Shown: positions 1-13,344, counted from the stretch's first letter. The stretch: DNA of 64,000 nucleotides from Felis catus (GCF_018350175.1 NC_058383.1:13146001-13210000), one strand, 5' to 3'. The notes: generated by a model from the letters alone, not told the origin. Made by a program: numbers and translations.

Positions 1-2075
1 CTTTAATGTCCTGTCCTTGCCATGGTTCAGCATTTCATACCTTGGTAAAGCTCTCTGGTACCTCCTTTCTCTGCCAACGGAAATAATTCTCTTCTCAGAA
101 CTATTTTTGTATCTTAAAAATCTGTATACTTTGTGCTAGATTGTAGTAGTATGTTTCTAATTCCTTTACTATAAGGTAACCTTGTAGAAGTTATTTTGTC
201 TCATTCTTAAAGGTTTCTATGGAGCCAGGTACTGTGTTTGGTATAAAGTAGGCACTGAGTAAGCAACTGTTGAACCAGCTAAAGGATGGTTAAGATAGTG
301 GTTTGATTTCAGTTCTGTCTTGCTCACAGGGCTGTATTCAGATCTCCCACTGGCCTTGGTTTATTCATATCTAGTCTGATCTGGTTGAAGAAGGAATTGT
401 TAGGGGGTGGTGTCATTTGTGCGGTCTTTGTCTCTTTTTCCGTATCCAGTATGCTATTAGTGATGACTTTTTGTCAAAATGCATTGCTTCTTTGTAAACT
501 AGAGTTCAAACAAAATAATTTTAGACAATATCCTCAGAACATTTGGAAACATGACATTTCAGATCTATTTTCCCCTTTTCGTTACAAAAGTATATACAGC
601 TATAATTACTAATTGCTGCACTCTAAGTAGAGACAGATGATACGTATGTTTGTGACAATTTTCCAGAGGGAGAGCTAAGTAACCAGGCTCATTTTTCCAT
701 AATGTGAATGTTATTCACAAACTATTACCATAATTGATGCACCAAGCCACTGGAGGGTAAATAATGTGTTGTGTGTGGGAAGCAAGCTAGTAGTCAATGA
801 ATATTAAAGAACAAAACCTCATTTTAAAAGAGAAACTGTAATTATAATCATTCTGAATTCGTACTGCAAAACCAGTTAAAATAACTTGGCTGCCATTTAT
901 CTATGTAAGTGTGTAAAAAAGGAATAGGTATATGAGTAGAGTTGTACTGAAATGTGTGTGTACATACACACATTTTTGTAAAAAGACACATGTCAAACTT
1001 CAGAAGTAGTCATTTTTCAACGACCTTTGATGCAGAGATGTGAACATGAGCTGAGTTTATCAGTGAAATTTATATTGATGGGAAAGAGCACAATTTCAGT
1101 TTTATCTTTTGCTTTGCAGGTGTTTTATGTCTACCTGGAATGTCTTGTTTCTTTCCTTGACCAAATCAGCTTCTGTATTCTTTTCAAAGCTCCTTTTTCA
1201 TAGCAAATCTTTCTCATCCACCTTTAATCTCTCTCTTATTGCCTCCTAGATACTCATCAACTTCTGTGTGTGGTGTATTGATTTGCACTTGTGGGATTTG
1301 TTGGTTTGTAATAGGAGGTCATAAGTCACTTCCTATGTGTATCATTAGTCTCCCCAACCAGACGGCCAGGTCATTTCAGGGAGGGATGGCTCTGTTTCTG
1401 TCTGTGCATGTGCGAGTTGCTCCTTCTGTTCCTCACCGATCACCGTCAGTGCTCTCCGTGCCTGTGCTAACTCCCTAGGAGGTCTGTTGGTTGTCTCTTT
1501 TTGGCTGTCAAATGCTGCATTATTTGTGTAAAATCTTTGTTTTGTGCTTGCTTACCAGCATCTCTAAAAAATGGTCTACTGTAACTGGAAAGAATTAGGT
1601 CCTGTTGGTGTGGATGGATGAAGTGAGGGAGCACTTAATCAGGAATGTGGACTATTACTTACATGAAATATATAACCTCCCTAACTCTGTCAAGTTCTGA
1701 AATCCATGGGAGAGATGCTGCCTTTGTTTCTTGGTTTTTAATGTTTTTTGATCCATATGTTTTAGATGTAGATGAGGTGATTGGATCAAGCTTAGATACT
1801 TTTATATTTTAAAGTAAGTTATAGTATATCTATTCTTAGGAACCTTTTCGAAAGATCTCTTCAACATTGGTCCTGTTATTGGTTGCTCTCTCAGTATATT
1901 TTGATACTTTCCTTCAAATACATACCTGTTCCTTTTGTATGGGCTTCAGTTGTCTTTTCCTTATATAGCATTAAAAGTATGGACAGAACCTGAAACAATT
2001 TCTTAGTTCAGATTTCCATGGCTCTTAATGTCAGAGACAATTTATTCATCTAGTTTACCCAAATGAACATATTTC

Positions 2076-2293
2076 ATTCTTAAAAAAATTTTTTTAATGT
2101 TTATTTAATTTTGAGAGAGAGAGACAGAGCATGAGCAGGGAAGGGGCAGAGAGAGGGAGACACAGAATCTGAAGCAGCTCCAGCCTCTGAGCTGTCAGCA
2201 TAGAGCCTGACACGGGGCTTGAACCCATGAACCGTGAGGTCATGACCTGAGCTGAAGTCAGACGCTTAACTGACTGAGCCACCCAGGCACCCC
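2076..2293 (-). mobile_element. Can-SINE (SINEC_Fc-like)
   Basis: tRNA-derived head, (CT)n and A tail on minus. TSD TGAACATATTTC at 2064-2075 and 2294-2305. Confidence 0.95.
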
Positions 2294-3299
2294 TGAACAT
2301 ATTTCTATAATAGAAAAATGAATAAATAGAATGTTCCTTAACATGTTGTGTGTATAGATAGAGCCCATTTTGTAAAGCTGTTTAATTCTTCCTCTCAAAA
2401 GAGGATTATTGGTTTCCTGCCTTTAATCCAGTCTTAAACAGTTTGACCTTTCTGATGGTTTTTTTGGAATGTTCTGAGGAAAAAAAAATAACAAAACTCA
2501 CACAACCTCAAGGAATTCTAAGTATCGAAGTTCACCTCTATGAAGGTAATTGGTTCAGAAACTGAGCATTATTTGCTATACTTCAGTGCATGGTAATAGG
2601 TCATTGTTCATGCATCTAACTCTGGGATAGCTTGAGTTTGTTTGCCCACGTAGTAATTATGACAAGGGAGGAACATTACCCAGGAGGGGACTCTTTAGAG
2701 GGGAAGGTGGCCTGCAGCTGACCCTGTGGAAGCCGTTCTTCTCCTCCAGTCTTCCTGCAAGATGGCTCTGTGTCTGCTGAGACCTTTTTCCCACCTTGAG
2801 AATCCTAGGTGGGACTTTGGCCTGGTTCCTTCAAGGACTCTGGAAACTACTTAGCTTGGAGTGGTGCCGTGTGAGTCTGTTCTTGGCAGCAGGCCTTGGC
2901 TTTTTTCCTGCTAGGCCCTGTGCCTCTTAAGAGCAGAGAGCAGGTCAGATGCAGATAACACAGGCACGATGTCGGTCTCTGAAATGCTCAGCTGATGTGT
3001 ATTTCTCCCTCCCCCTAAGGGTTTAATGAAGAACACATTTATCACGGAGTGTAATGAGTAAGAAAGAACATGTGGCTTTTTTTTTCCTTTCTGCTGAATA
3101 GCAGAGAGTAGGATAAAAATCTCTCTGTTTACAAGTCAGCTGTATCTCTTTGTAAGTTGTGTTCAAGTAATTTTAAGCTTTACTGTTAAGCTAAACTTCT
3201 AAACAGTTTCATTTGCAAAGTCTTTCTTGGAGGTCCAAGAGAAGCTTTTGTGAGGATTTGAGGTCTGAGATGAGAATTGTGAGTTAAGTCAAGGTAGAG

Positions 3300-3302
<3 letters not shown>

Positions 3303-3358
<56 letters not shown>
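3303..3358. repeat. (TG)28 microsatellite
   Basis: Perfect dinucleotide run. Confidence 0.98.
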
Positions 3359-3359
<1 letters not shown>

Positions 3360-5176
3360 TTTGCATGCACATTGTGTGCATGAATGCATGTGCTTGCTTG
3401 GGCAGGGACAGGAGTGTCGAGGAACAGAGGAAGAGTCTTTGCCAGCAGAGGAAACACCATATTCGAAGGCTGGAAGACTCCTGCAAATTTTGACGGATAA
3501 TGAATCCTTGCAAAGGTTTTACAAGAGCTGTGACCAGCCCTGTTTGCTGAGAAAAGAGAAAGTCCTTGAGCGCCCATCATACCTCTTCAGCCTCTCTTAA
3601 CAAGTGTTCAGATGCTCCGCCAGAGGAAATGGTGTGTTCCAAGTACAGCTGTGATGGAAATGGAGTTCTTTTAGTGCAGCTGAAGCAGTTCCTCCACACA
3701 GACTGTCCCATTTTAACAGTAAACTGTCTGTTTAAAACGAAACAAAACAAGCTGGTGGGAGTTGGAAGGAGAAGGAGTTTATGTCAGAAAATGAAAATGA
3801 GTTGCTGTAGAAGGCCTGTCTTGGTTACAGTTTCAGAGTTATTAAGAGGACTCAATTGCTAGTTTGTTTTATCTCTGTGCATGTTTTTGTGGACTTTAAT
3901 TCTCCAGAAAACGTTAAGGATAAAACAGCAGTCATGTTTTTATTAGGGAACACACTCCTGTTTTTGGAAATGACTGCCTTGCAGCTGACAGGCCGTGCCA
4001 TTTCTCACTGGTGTTTGCCAAGGAGCTAGGGAGACTCAGAGCATCTTCCCTGGTCTTCTTTCCCTCTTCCTTTTGGCAAGTCAGGCTTTGAACATAATCA
4101 GAGTGTGATTAAGGCTCTATTACAGCAGGTAGAGGGTCTGACTTGAAGTCTAAGAAGTGGTATTTTGATTGTGTTTCCAACTGACTATAGCTAAGAAGCA
4201 AAGGTTAGGAGGTTGTGATATAGTTGAAGGTGACACTGCCTTTAGTTTTTGTTAAGCTCAGTTGTGAGTCTTGAGCTATGTTAACTGCTTTACAGACACG
4301 AGTCCATTGAATTGTCACAGAAATCCTCATGTTTAGGTAGGTTTGATCAGCCTCAGTGTACAGATGGGGAAGCTGAGGTTGAGTGAGATAACTAGTTTAC
4401 AGTTAAACCCAGCATTTGGCGTGGCCACGATTGGAACTGAGGTCCCTCTGTCTCCAGAGCTTTTGCGGGTAACCACTGACTGTTGCGTTATAGTCTCTCT
4501 CTCAAAGTAGCCTTTTCTTCCTGCCTTCATCACTTCTCGTCTGTCCCCTCTTTTAAGACGCTTTAAACAAAATATAATCAGAAATCTACCTCTTGAATTG
4601 ACCCTCGTCTCCTTATGTCCCATTAGGCAGTGCCTTATATTCATGCAAATATTAGCTGTTTTGAGGGGAGAAAGTAAATAGCGATTCTATTTTAGCTCCC
4701 CTTGATTCTAAGAGAATTTGTGTTGTGTTATTAATTCTGTCTGTTCCAGGATCCTATTAAAGTGACCAGAAATGTGTAACACAGTTATAGTCCTAGACGT
4801 ATTCTCAGGGATACCCTTGGGTGCAGTAGCCTGAAGCCAGGCTAACCAGCCAGAAAGACTCATAGACCCAGCTTAGCCACTGACTTTCTGAGACCTTGGG
4901 GAAGTCACTTTACGTCTCTGGGCATCACTGCTTTCATCACTGTGGTGTTTGACCCAGGTCACTTCCCAGTCTAGAATGCACAACCTTTATCAGGGCACTA
5001 AATAGGTCACATGTGGCATGTCCTTATATGCCCATTTGTTTACAGAAGGGATGCTTAATGAAATAGAAATTCATTAAAAAGCATTATTAAATTCTTACAT
5101 TTTGTGTTTCTTCAATTAATGAATACCTGCTAAAATTCAGTATGTTATCAAATGGGGACTTCCTTATTTCTTTTTA

Positions 5177-5383
5177 TTATTATTATTGTTTTTATTTTTA
5201 TTTTGAGAGACAGAGAACGAGCAGGGGAGGGGTGGAGAGAAAGGGAGAGAGAGAGAATCCCAAGCAGGCTCCACACTGTCAGCGCAAAGCCCAACGTAGG
5301 GCTCAAACTCACAGACCATGAGATTGTGACCTGAGCCCAAACTGAGAGTTGGCTGCTTAACTGACTGGGCCCCCTAGGCACCT
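5177..5383 (-). mobile_element. Can-SINE (older subfamily)
   Basis: SINE body on minus, degenerate TSD TCCTT(A/C)TTTCTTTTTA. Confidence 0.92.
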
Positions 5384-5455
5384 GAATCCTTCTTTCTTTT
5401 TAATTAAAAGAGGGCCTCATGCTAAAAGTTAGACATTATTGGTTTTCATGAACTT

Positions 5456-5678
5456 AAAAAAAATTTTTTTTAACATTTATTTGTTTTTGAGAGACAGAGC
5501 ACAAGCGGGGGAGGGGCAGAGAGAGAGAGAGAGAGAGAGAGAGACACAGAATCCAAAGCAGGCTCCAGGCTCTGAGCTGTCAGCACGGAGCCTGGCGCAG
5601 GGCTTGAACCCAGAAGCTGTGAGATCATGACCCGAGCTGAAGTTGGATGCTTAAGTGACTGAACCACCCAAGCACCCC
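5456..5678 (-). mobile_element. Can-SINE
   Basis: SINE body with (GA)n, degenerate TSD GTTTT(C/T)A(T/C)GAACTT. Confidence 0.93.
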
Positions 5679-8399
5679 AGTTTTTACGAACTTTTAAAGT
5701 CCTTTCCCAATTAGAATATTTCCTAAGCCTACAAAATGAGTCTAAATACTTGATTACCAAAATTCTGGCTTTTGGTACTCTTTCATTATCTTATTTTTTC
5801 CTCTTCTCCATGAGCATTTGTATTTACAATAAAAGGGGGAAAAATCATGAAGAAATGAATTGACCTCTAAAAGAACCAATCGCCCATAATCTGTCCCTGA
5901 ACCCCGAATGCCATGCTGTCACGTCTGTAAGTATGGTTGGTCCGTGGTCACCCAGTCATCTTTCCCCTCCGCCTCCCTCTGTCCTGTGAAACCCTGCACA
6001 CCTCACCTTCCTTTCAGACCACAGGCCCCTCTGGCCTGCCCTCATTCCTCACCCAGCCTTGTTATATGGGAACCCCTCACTGCTTCTGTTACTGTTCTTG
6101 TCTTTCTTCCACTTCCTTCTGGGAACATGTCAGCTGTCTGCTGTCTCTTAAGCTTCTGTGTTCCACCTGAATGAATTAAAAGTCTGTCTGAAATGTTACC
6201 GTTTATATAGATTACATAATGTTACGTAGGTATTACAGTGGACCTCAATATCTGAAGTTTTTTCATTGCTGCCCATCAGTGCATTTATTGAGTTTCCTTC
6301 TTTGTCCCTTTGGTAGCAGTTCCAGACTGTCTCCACGGAAGGCTGCAACACTGGCGAACATTTATCAGGAACTGACCATGCTAGAGAGAATGTGCTAAGG
6401 ACTTCACATGCATTGTGTCATCCCCATTCTTGCCGTGAGACCTAACTTTTCCTCCCTCCATCCCGTCCAGCAAGTACTCGCTGAGCCTCAGCCGTGTCCA
6501 CGTACTGGTCCCAAGTCACAGGCTGTAGCTGTGATGGAGGGAGACTGGGACTTGGCTCTGGAGAGGCTTCCGCTTCAGAGGGAGATGCGAGAAGTAAATA
6601 GGCAAACGGCACATTGTACGAGCAGTGCTCCAGAGGGGAGATGTTTGGTATGTGACAGATGCACCCACTACAGGATCAGGGGTGAGGATGAGGACAGCGT
6701 CTTAGAGGAAGTGACAGCTAAGCACCAATCTAAAGGATGAGAGAATGTGAGTTAGGTGATGAGATAGGGAAATGTAAGGGTGTTCTTGGAAGTAGAACAC
6801 CCGGATTCTGGAAAGACTCAGGGAACTGAGAGGGGCCAGTACGAATAGAGCCATCGTTCTCAGAGAAATTAGTGGCCTTCAGGTGTGAACCCCATTCGCT
6901 CCATTTCCTGCCTCCGAAGTGATTTACACCCTCACTTATTACCTCAAATTAGAACCCGCTGGGATCCTTTATTGTCCATGCGTGTTCGGAGGTGAGTTTT
7001 GACACCCTTGCCAGTCAGTCTCAGTAGGAAGTTTGGGTGCCTGCAGAGGAAAACCTTCTTCAAAAACATTATGAGAAGCTTTATGATTATTGTGATGTAG
7101 GGGTAGAGTGTTTCAAGAGGGCTTTTCAAAGACAATCCCTCCTAAAATTTGGAACGCAGAAATGAAGCCGCTGCTTAGCCTGACGGTGTGGAATAGCAGC
7201 TTCGAAAATGGACGCATGTCCCTTTTCCGTCAAGACATTTAGTAAATCACATTTTGGCCTCAGCGAATGTTACGCCCTCAAACACCTCGACTGAGGAAAG
7301 CATGATGTACCTCGGCTGAAGGGTCTGTAGGGATGAAGGGTCGGAGCTTCTAGGACACAAAGGTCGGGGATGAAATGATGGACCACACGTGCTCCTGGCC
7401 ATTTGCAGATGTGAAACGGAGATAAACCCCTTGTGGACGTGGGCCCTCCTGATGGGCCGTACGGGATGCTCATTAGAACAGCCCACAGGCTTCACTGTCC
7501 CGTGCATCGTTTACAATAAAAGTGGGCACGAGCCAGCTGAGTGGGAAAATAGTTCAAACTGTTTTTTCAAACCACTTTGTAAGGTGGAAGCTGATGATAA
7601 CTCAACCTGTTTCTCTCTGCAGGTGAGGGGAGTTTACATCATCCTGTAGACTGTAGTTTTAAAACCAGAGGAATCTTAATTATTTTGTATTTAATAAATA
7701 TTTATCACTTGCGGGCAGGGGTGTGGGAAGTATGGACAGGAGATGTGCCAACCTATTATTAAATAGTTTGAGGATCGCTGTTTCCCACGGGCCTGATTGT
7801 GTCTAGCAGATTATCCGTAGCGCAGCGGTGCACGTTCGCATATGCTAAAGCCACGCTCCTAGATCTCCCCCCTCAGTCTCTGTCCCTTCTATTTCTTGCA
7901 TCTTACAGAGTGGGTGCTGTGATTCTGTTTCACCTTTTTTTCTCCCCATGAAATCTTGAAAAGTTCAATGAGTTAATAGTAATAAAACAAAAATAAAAAC
8001 ACTGTACATTTCTGGGGGGGGGGGAAATGTGCATATAAAATGTCAATCATCTTCCAAGCTGTTAGTTCCTGAGGCTGAATACCGGGAGCTGCTTGGGCAG
8101 CTAGTAGAGGTAAAAGGGAATGGCAAGAGAAAGCTGGCCCTGTTCTCTTCCTCTGGCTACAGGAGGTTGAAAGATGTTGTTTCAGCTGGAGAATTTAAAA
8201 TGGATTCTTACTCACTTTTTGCCGAAGAGACTGGACTGTTTTGAGTGTTGTAATCTTCTGTAGGCGTGGAGAAAGGTCACCTCCTGATCTTGTTTTGGGG
8301 ATCGTGGGGCTAAAGCTGTGGCAGAGTCCTTTATCTAGACACAGGCTCTTGTCAGAATAATGTTTGGCCAGGTGTTAATCTGTGTCCTGAGGGACAGTG

Positions 8400-8911
8400 C
8401 TGGAATTCATTATTCATCCGGCGGGAGTTGGGGTGGGAGGAGGAGGTGGGCCTTCTGGGAGGGTGCGGGGCCGGGGCCTGCCTCCCGCCTTTCCTGACAT
8501 GTGCCATTTGTGAGGAAGGCAGCTGAAGCCCATTTGAGGAATTCTCCTGTCAGCCAGCCAAGAGAGCAACACAGAGGGAGCGAGCAGAGGGAGGGAAAAG
8601 CAGGCGGCTCAGGAGGCAGTCCTGGAGTGCAGTTTCCGGAAACACACAGTGTTGTAGGTGCAGAGGGAAGGTGTACAGGAACGTAAAGGGGAAGGAGGCC
8701 AGGTTTGAAGTAGTGCATTTTCCCGTTTCTCCCCCCTTTGCCCCTCCTGTCTTTGAATACACGTCATCCTCTGGAAGCCTCCGTATCTTGAAAGAAGCCT
8801 TTGCCTGAAACACGGCTTTTTCTTCAGTGTTGTACTGTTAGGTTTTTTCTTTTCCCTTTTATTTTTTTTTTTTTTCCATCTTCTCTTCCTCCGAGGGCAG
8901 GAGGTGAGACA
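8400..8911 (+). promoter_or_regulatory. Internal promoter and 5' UTR candidate
   Basis: Locally GC/CpG-enriched and repeat-free. Sp/KLF-like G-rich boxes at 8420-8490, perfect palindrome GTTTCCGGAAAC at 8632-8643 (ETS core on both strands), ATF/CREB-like ACACGTCAT at 8759-8767. Confidence 0.55.
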
Positions 8912-8959
8912 ATGATCAAGTCAAGCTGGTTTTATGTTAAGTTCAAGTATGCAGAGAAG
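8912..8959 (+). CDS. AUTS2: Putative alternative first coding exon encoding MIKSSWFYVKFKYAEK (phase 0), AUTS2-like alternative N-terminus
   Basis: ATG at 8912 with A at -3, no ATG between 8502 and 8911, 16 codons, then consensus donor AAG|GTAAGT at 8959/8960. Lies downstream of a GC-rich promoter-like block. Peptide recalled as resembling vertebrate AUTS2 isoform N-termini (MIKSSWFYVKFKYxEK). Confidence 0.62.
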
Positions 8960-11062
8960 GTAAGTCAATATGTTTCCTTCTCCCTGGGGAAAGCCGCCAC
9001 CTCCCTGCAGCCTTCTCATGTTGACGGGGCTCCTCGGGCTCCTCGGGGAAGCAAATGAGGCCAGAAGTTTTCTTTGTGACTGTGTTTCCTCTGGCTTAAT
9101 GGTTCTTGCATGAAACGCGGGCTCTGTGCTGACAGTCTGACATTGCCATTGACCAGGAGGAAAGAATCTTCAAACCCTGTCCCAGAAGCATTATTCAGAA
9201 TTTGAAGAAGGAAAATAATGAAACTGCTAACAGGAAAGACCGGCTATGCTGCTGTAGATCAAATAGACAGTTTTCAAGAGGGGTGTTTGTTGGGAAACTT
9301 GATGTGTTTTCTGATCTGGGACAAACTGACAATCACTTCCCGTAACCTGTAGTTTGTTTAGTCAGAGTTTTAAGTTTTTTCTTTCAGTTACCTGACTTGA
9401 CCCACTCCTGTATATGGAAGAAGAGCTTGGCAGTGTTTTTGGGGTGTAGGAAGAATACCCATCATTGTGACTAACCGTGTAGGAGACTATCCTTTAATGT
9501 CTGTTGAGGGGATGGGGTTACATTTTTAGGGAAGCAGTGGATTTTGATTGCATCAGAAATTTTGAGATTACAGTTCTGTGTTTTAGTATGTCATTACTAG
9601 GCTCAGGGAAAGAAGTGTCTACTTCCTAACACATACTCACCTTACCTGAACACATTGGCCGTGTTTGATTCTGGATCCATATGTGTCACTTACTCTATTG
9701 GGAATTTATAGGGTTAGAAGTGAGGTTTCCAGGGGCAACCTGAAATGCCTCCCTTTTGAAATCCTTTCTTCCTTGATTTGCTTGTTGATGATATTGGCAT
9801 ATTGACTGTAACATTAAGCTGAGACCCTAGAGAAAGGAGCCGTGATGTGGCAAGATGGAAACGGTGATGACTGTCATCCTACTTCTTATGATTATATATG
9901 CATAAGCACGTTGAAAAATCCCTCCTCCGTTCTTCTGGTTTAAAGAAGAAGTTAGTATACTTAGGGCTCATTTCCCCCACATTGTTTCTTTCTGTATGGA
10001 TCTGTTTCTGCTGTATTTTTATGACCGCAAAATTAGTTACTCCTTAACCTGTGTATGTGTATACTAATCAAAATAAAGGATTTTTACTTAAAAAAGATCA
10101 TCCTCCATTTTAAACCATTTGCACTGTTAACTATTAAAGTTATTATAACAAATACTATATAGGGTTGGGAAAGGTTACATCGTAGTTTGGGATTTACTTT
10201 ATATTCTCCGTGGATTACTTTCCTTTGAATAGCCTATTAGCCATTGTTTGCTGTTACGAATTTTGATAAATTAAAACTGTGTTCTACCTCCTTTACCTTT
10301 TCCTTTCACCTTGAATGTCTTGCCATAGAAAACTGAAATTCAGAATTAAGAAATGAGAGTAAACTAGTGTTAAAGGGGGAAAAACATCTCAAGGAATGAT
10401 CTTCATAAAACGGAAAAAGACAGGAGACCTTGAATTAGTTGCCTCATTTGAATGACCATATTACTATTTTCTTCAGCAACCAAACAAGGAGATAATGCTT
10501 AATACACCGACACATGTTTGTATCATGAAGCTAAATAATGTAAGACTCCAGAGCTAATTGAAGAATATCTTGCTTTTATTAGGGATGGGGGAAAAAGAGA
10601 AACAGAAAAATCTGTCTTGGTTTTGACATATTTATGGTGCTCTTGATCTCTGTGGTTCTCAGCCGATTTTTTATTCTTTTATTTCTTCCCAATGATTTAT
10701 TTTTTTAAACTTACATTGGAGGTTTTTTGTTTTGTTTTTTCAAAACTCACCAAAATGACTTTAGTTTCATCTGGAGAGATTAAAAAGCCTTAGTGTAAAC
10801 CAAGGGATAGAGATGCTTAAAAAACAAACTTAAACCATTCTTTACTACATTCCAAAAGGGATTCTTTTTATAGGGCTGTTAATTTGAAATTTCCTTCAGT
10901 ATTTTTTAAAGGGGTAAAAAGAAATCCCTCTCTCTGTTTCCAAACACTGACGAAATGATTGATATAAACTTGTAATTGTTGGAAGAATATTTCATCTGCG
11001 AAGTTTGTGCACAATTGTAAGAAAATACATTATGTGACATCTTTGATAGCCAGTCATTTCTT

Positions 11063-11270
11063 TTTAAACTTTTATTCATTTTTGAGAGACACAGCAAGAC
11101 AGAGCATGAGTGGGGGAGGGGCAGAGAGAGAGGGAGACACAGAATCCGAAACAGGCTCCAGGCTCTGAGCTGTCAACACAGAGCCCTGTGCGGGGCTTGA
11201 ACCCACCACTGTGAGATCATAACCTGAGCCAAAGTCAGATGCTTCATCAACTGAGCCACCCAGGCACCCG
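11063..11270 (-). mobile_element. Can-SINE
   Basis: Perfect 16-bp TSD TAGCCAGTCATTTCTT at 11047-11062 and 11271-11286. Confidence 0.95.
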
Positions 11271-12339
11271 TAGCCAGTCATTTCTTATTTTTACATTTAG
11301 GAAAAATGATTGTATCAGTCTTAAATAGTGAACAAGAAAAATTGAGAAATTCAAGTAATTGCATTACCAAAAACAATGGCAGCAAGAGAATATTACTCCC
11401 TGTGATCATCAGGATTCTGATTCCTTTCCAAAATTTTAAAAATAACTTTGTCTATATTTGTATATAGTAAAGGAAACTTCTCTTTTACCACCATCACACA
11501 CATATATGCACTTTCTGTAATATTCACGTTTAAATTATTTATGAGTTATCTCTTTGTTGAATTAGGTCGGTATCTAGCCATCACTCTTCTAAAATACTGT
11601 TTACTTGAATTAAGTTCATTTTATTCCACTCTCTCCTTCTCATTTTATGCATTCCCTCTGTGCAGTTTTAGATTTTCTTGTGTTTTACCATGTCCTGTAA
11701 TGGGTTATTCTAAAATCTCTATCACTAGTCTAATCTTTTCCTTGAATTGCAGTGGCATATGTTTCATTGACAGTTGTTTGTTTTTGTTTTTGTTTTTAAT
11801 GGACTAGATATCTGTCCTGAAATTCAACAGATAGCTTAATGCAACATCTCTAAAATGCAGTTGATGTCTCTTTCCTCAGCCAAATGTATTTGTATTTCCT
11901 ATCATGGGTAAGACATCACTATCCAACTGGTTATCTGTGTTCCCAAAGGACCCGTTTTAGTTCTGTTCTTACCGTCTCCCTCCTGGCTTATTAGAGGACC
12001 CTTTTAATTGGTCTCCGTGCTGCCATTCATGATACCTTCCCATGCTAGAAGACACTGCTAGAGTGACATTGTTAAAAGGTCAGAGTCTCTTAGTCTCCTG
12101 CTTATTAATGGTCACCCTCTCCCATCTAAGAATCCACTTGATCTCCTTCAATAATGCAAGCACTTGGCCTTGTATATACATAATGCATTGTATTGTAATT
12201 ATTCATCAGTCTGTGCCTCTCTAGCACCACAAGATCCTAGAGACCAGAACTCTGTTGTCAGGGTTTTTTGTATCCGTAATACTGGTGTAAAACAGATACT
12301 CAGTTATTCCTTAAATGCTATTGATTACTCTGTGCCTCT

Positions 12340-12470
12340 TTTTGGGAATCTGGCAAACATGAGTTTGAATTCTGCTTCTGCCATTTGTTGATAGTATATG
12401 ACCTGGGGCAAGATACAGAAATTTGATAAAAATTGTTTCCTCATCTATTAAATCGGGAAACTTATTGCTT
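12340..12470 (+). mobile_element. MIR fragment
   Basis: GAGTTTGAATTCTGCTTCTGCCATTT...TGACCTGGGGCAAG...TTTCCTCATCTAT. Confidence 0.65.
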
Positions 12471-13069
12471 ACTATGTTTTTAAAAAATTAGGCTTTTCAT
12501 GTTGAGATGATGGTAGACATATATGCAGTCACATGTAATGATACAGAGAGATACCATGTGCCCTTTATCTAGTTTCCCCCGATGGTAACATCTTGTAAAA
12601 GTATAGTATGATATCAAAACCAGGATATTGACAGTAATATGGTCAAGAAACTAAAAATTCTGTCCTCCCCAGGATCTGTCATGTTGGCCTTTTATAGCCA
12701 TACCCCTTTCCTCCTATCCCGGTATCCCCACACATTGACTCTTGGCAACCAGTATTTTTTTCTTCATTTTTATTGTTTTGTCAGCTCAAGAATGTTATAT
12801 GAATGGAACGATACACTAACTTTTGGAGGTTGTCCTTTTCCATTCAACATGATGGAGATTCATCCAAGTTGTTGTGTGTTCCCTTTGGTTTCTGGGTAGT
12901 AGTCTGTGGTTATAGATTTTAATCATTCCCCCAAGGAAGGACATCTGCATTGTTTCCAGTTTTTCTATCATAAATAAAACTGCTATGAACATTTGTGTAC
13001 AGGTTTTGGTATTGACCTAGTTTTCTTTTCAGTGGGACAAATGCCTAGAAGTACAGTAGCTGGGCAGCT

Positions 13070-13111
13070 TGCTCATTCATTCATTTACTTTTTAAAGTTT
13101 ATTTATTTATT

Positions 13112-13165
<54 letters not shown>

Positions 13166-13344
13166 CAAGAGAGTGCACACGTAAGTGGGAAAGAGGCAGA
13201 GGGAGAGGGAGAGAGAATCCCAAGCAGGCTTTGCACTGTCCTTGAGGAACCCGATGTGGGGCTAGAACTCATGAATCCTGAGACCATGACCTAATCTGAA
13301 ATCAAGAGTCAGATGCTTAACCAACTGAGCCACCCAGGTGCTCC
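13070..13344 (-). mobile_element. Can-SINE inserted in L1
   Basis: SINE body with long (GA)n, short TSD GCTGGG(C/T)AGC. Confidence 0.93.

Noticed and set aside
1100..1125. Strong acceptor TTTTATCTTTTGCTTTGCAG followed by GTGTTT
   Set aside because: The following donor is weak, and I found no convincing downstream donor or recognisable coding frame.
2094..2300. Recurrent GAWVAQSVKRPTSAQVMIS-type ORFs that look like a protein family
   Set aside because: Translations of Can-SINE copies, not genes.
3186..3600. ORFs with HTHT/CVCV repeats here and at 39.7, 40.1, 50.4 and 61.2 kb
   Set aside because: Translations of (TG)n microsatellites.
8034..8040. TATAAAA upstream of the candidate promoter
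   Set aside because: Several hundred bases from the GC-rich core and common by chance, with no TSS data.
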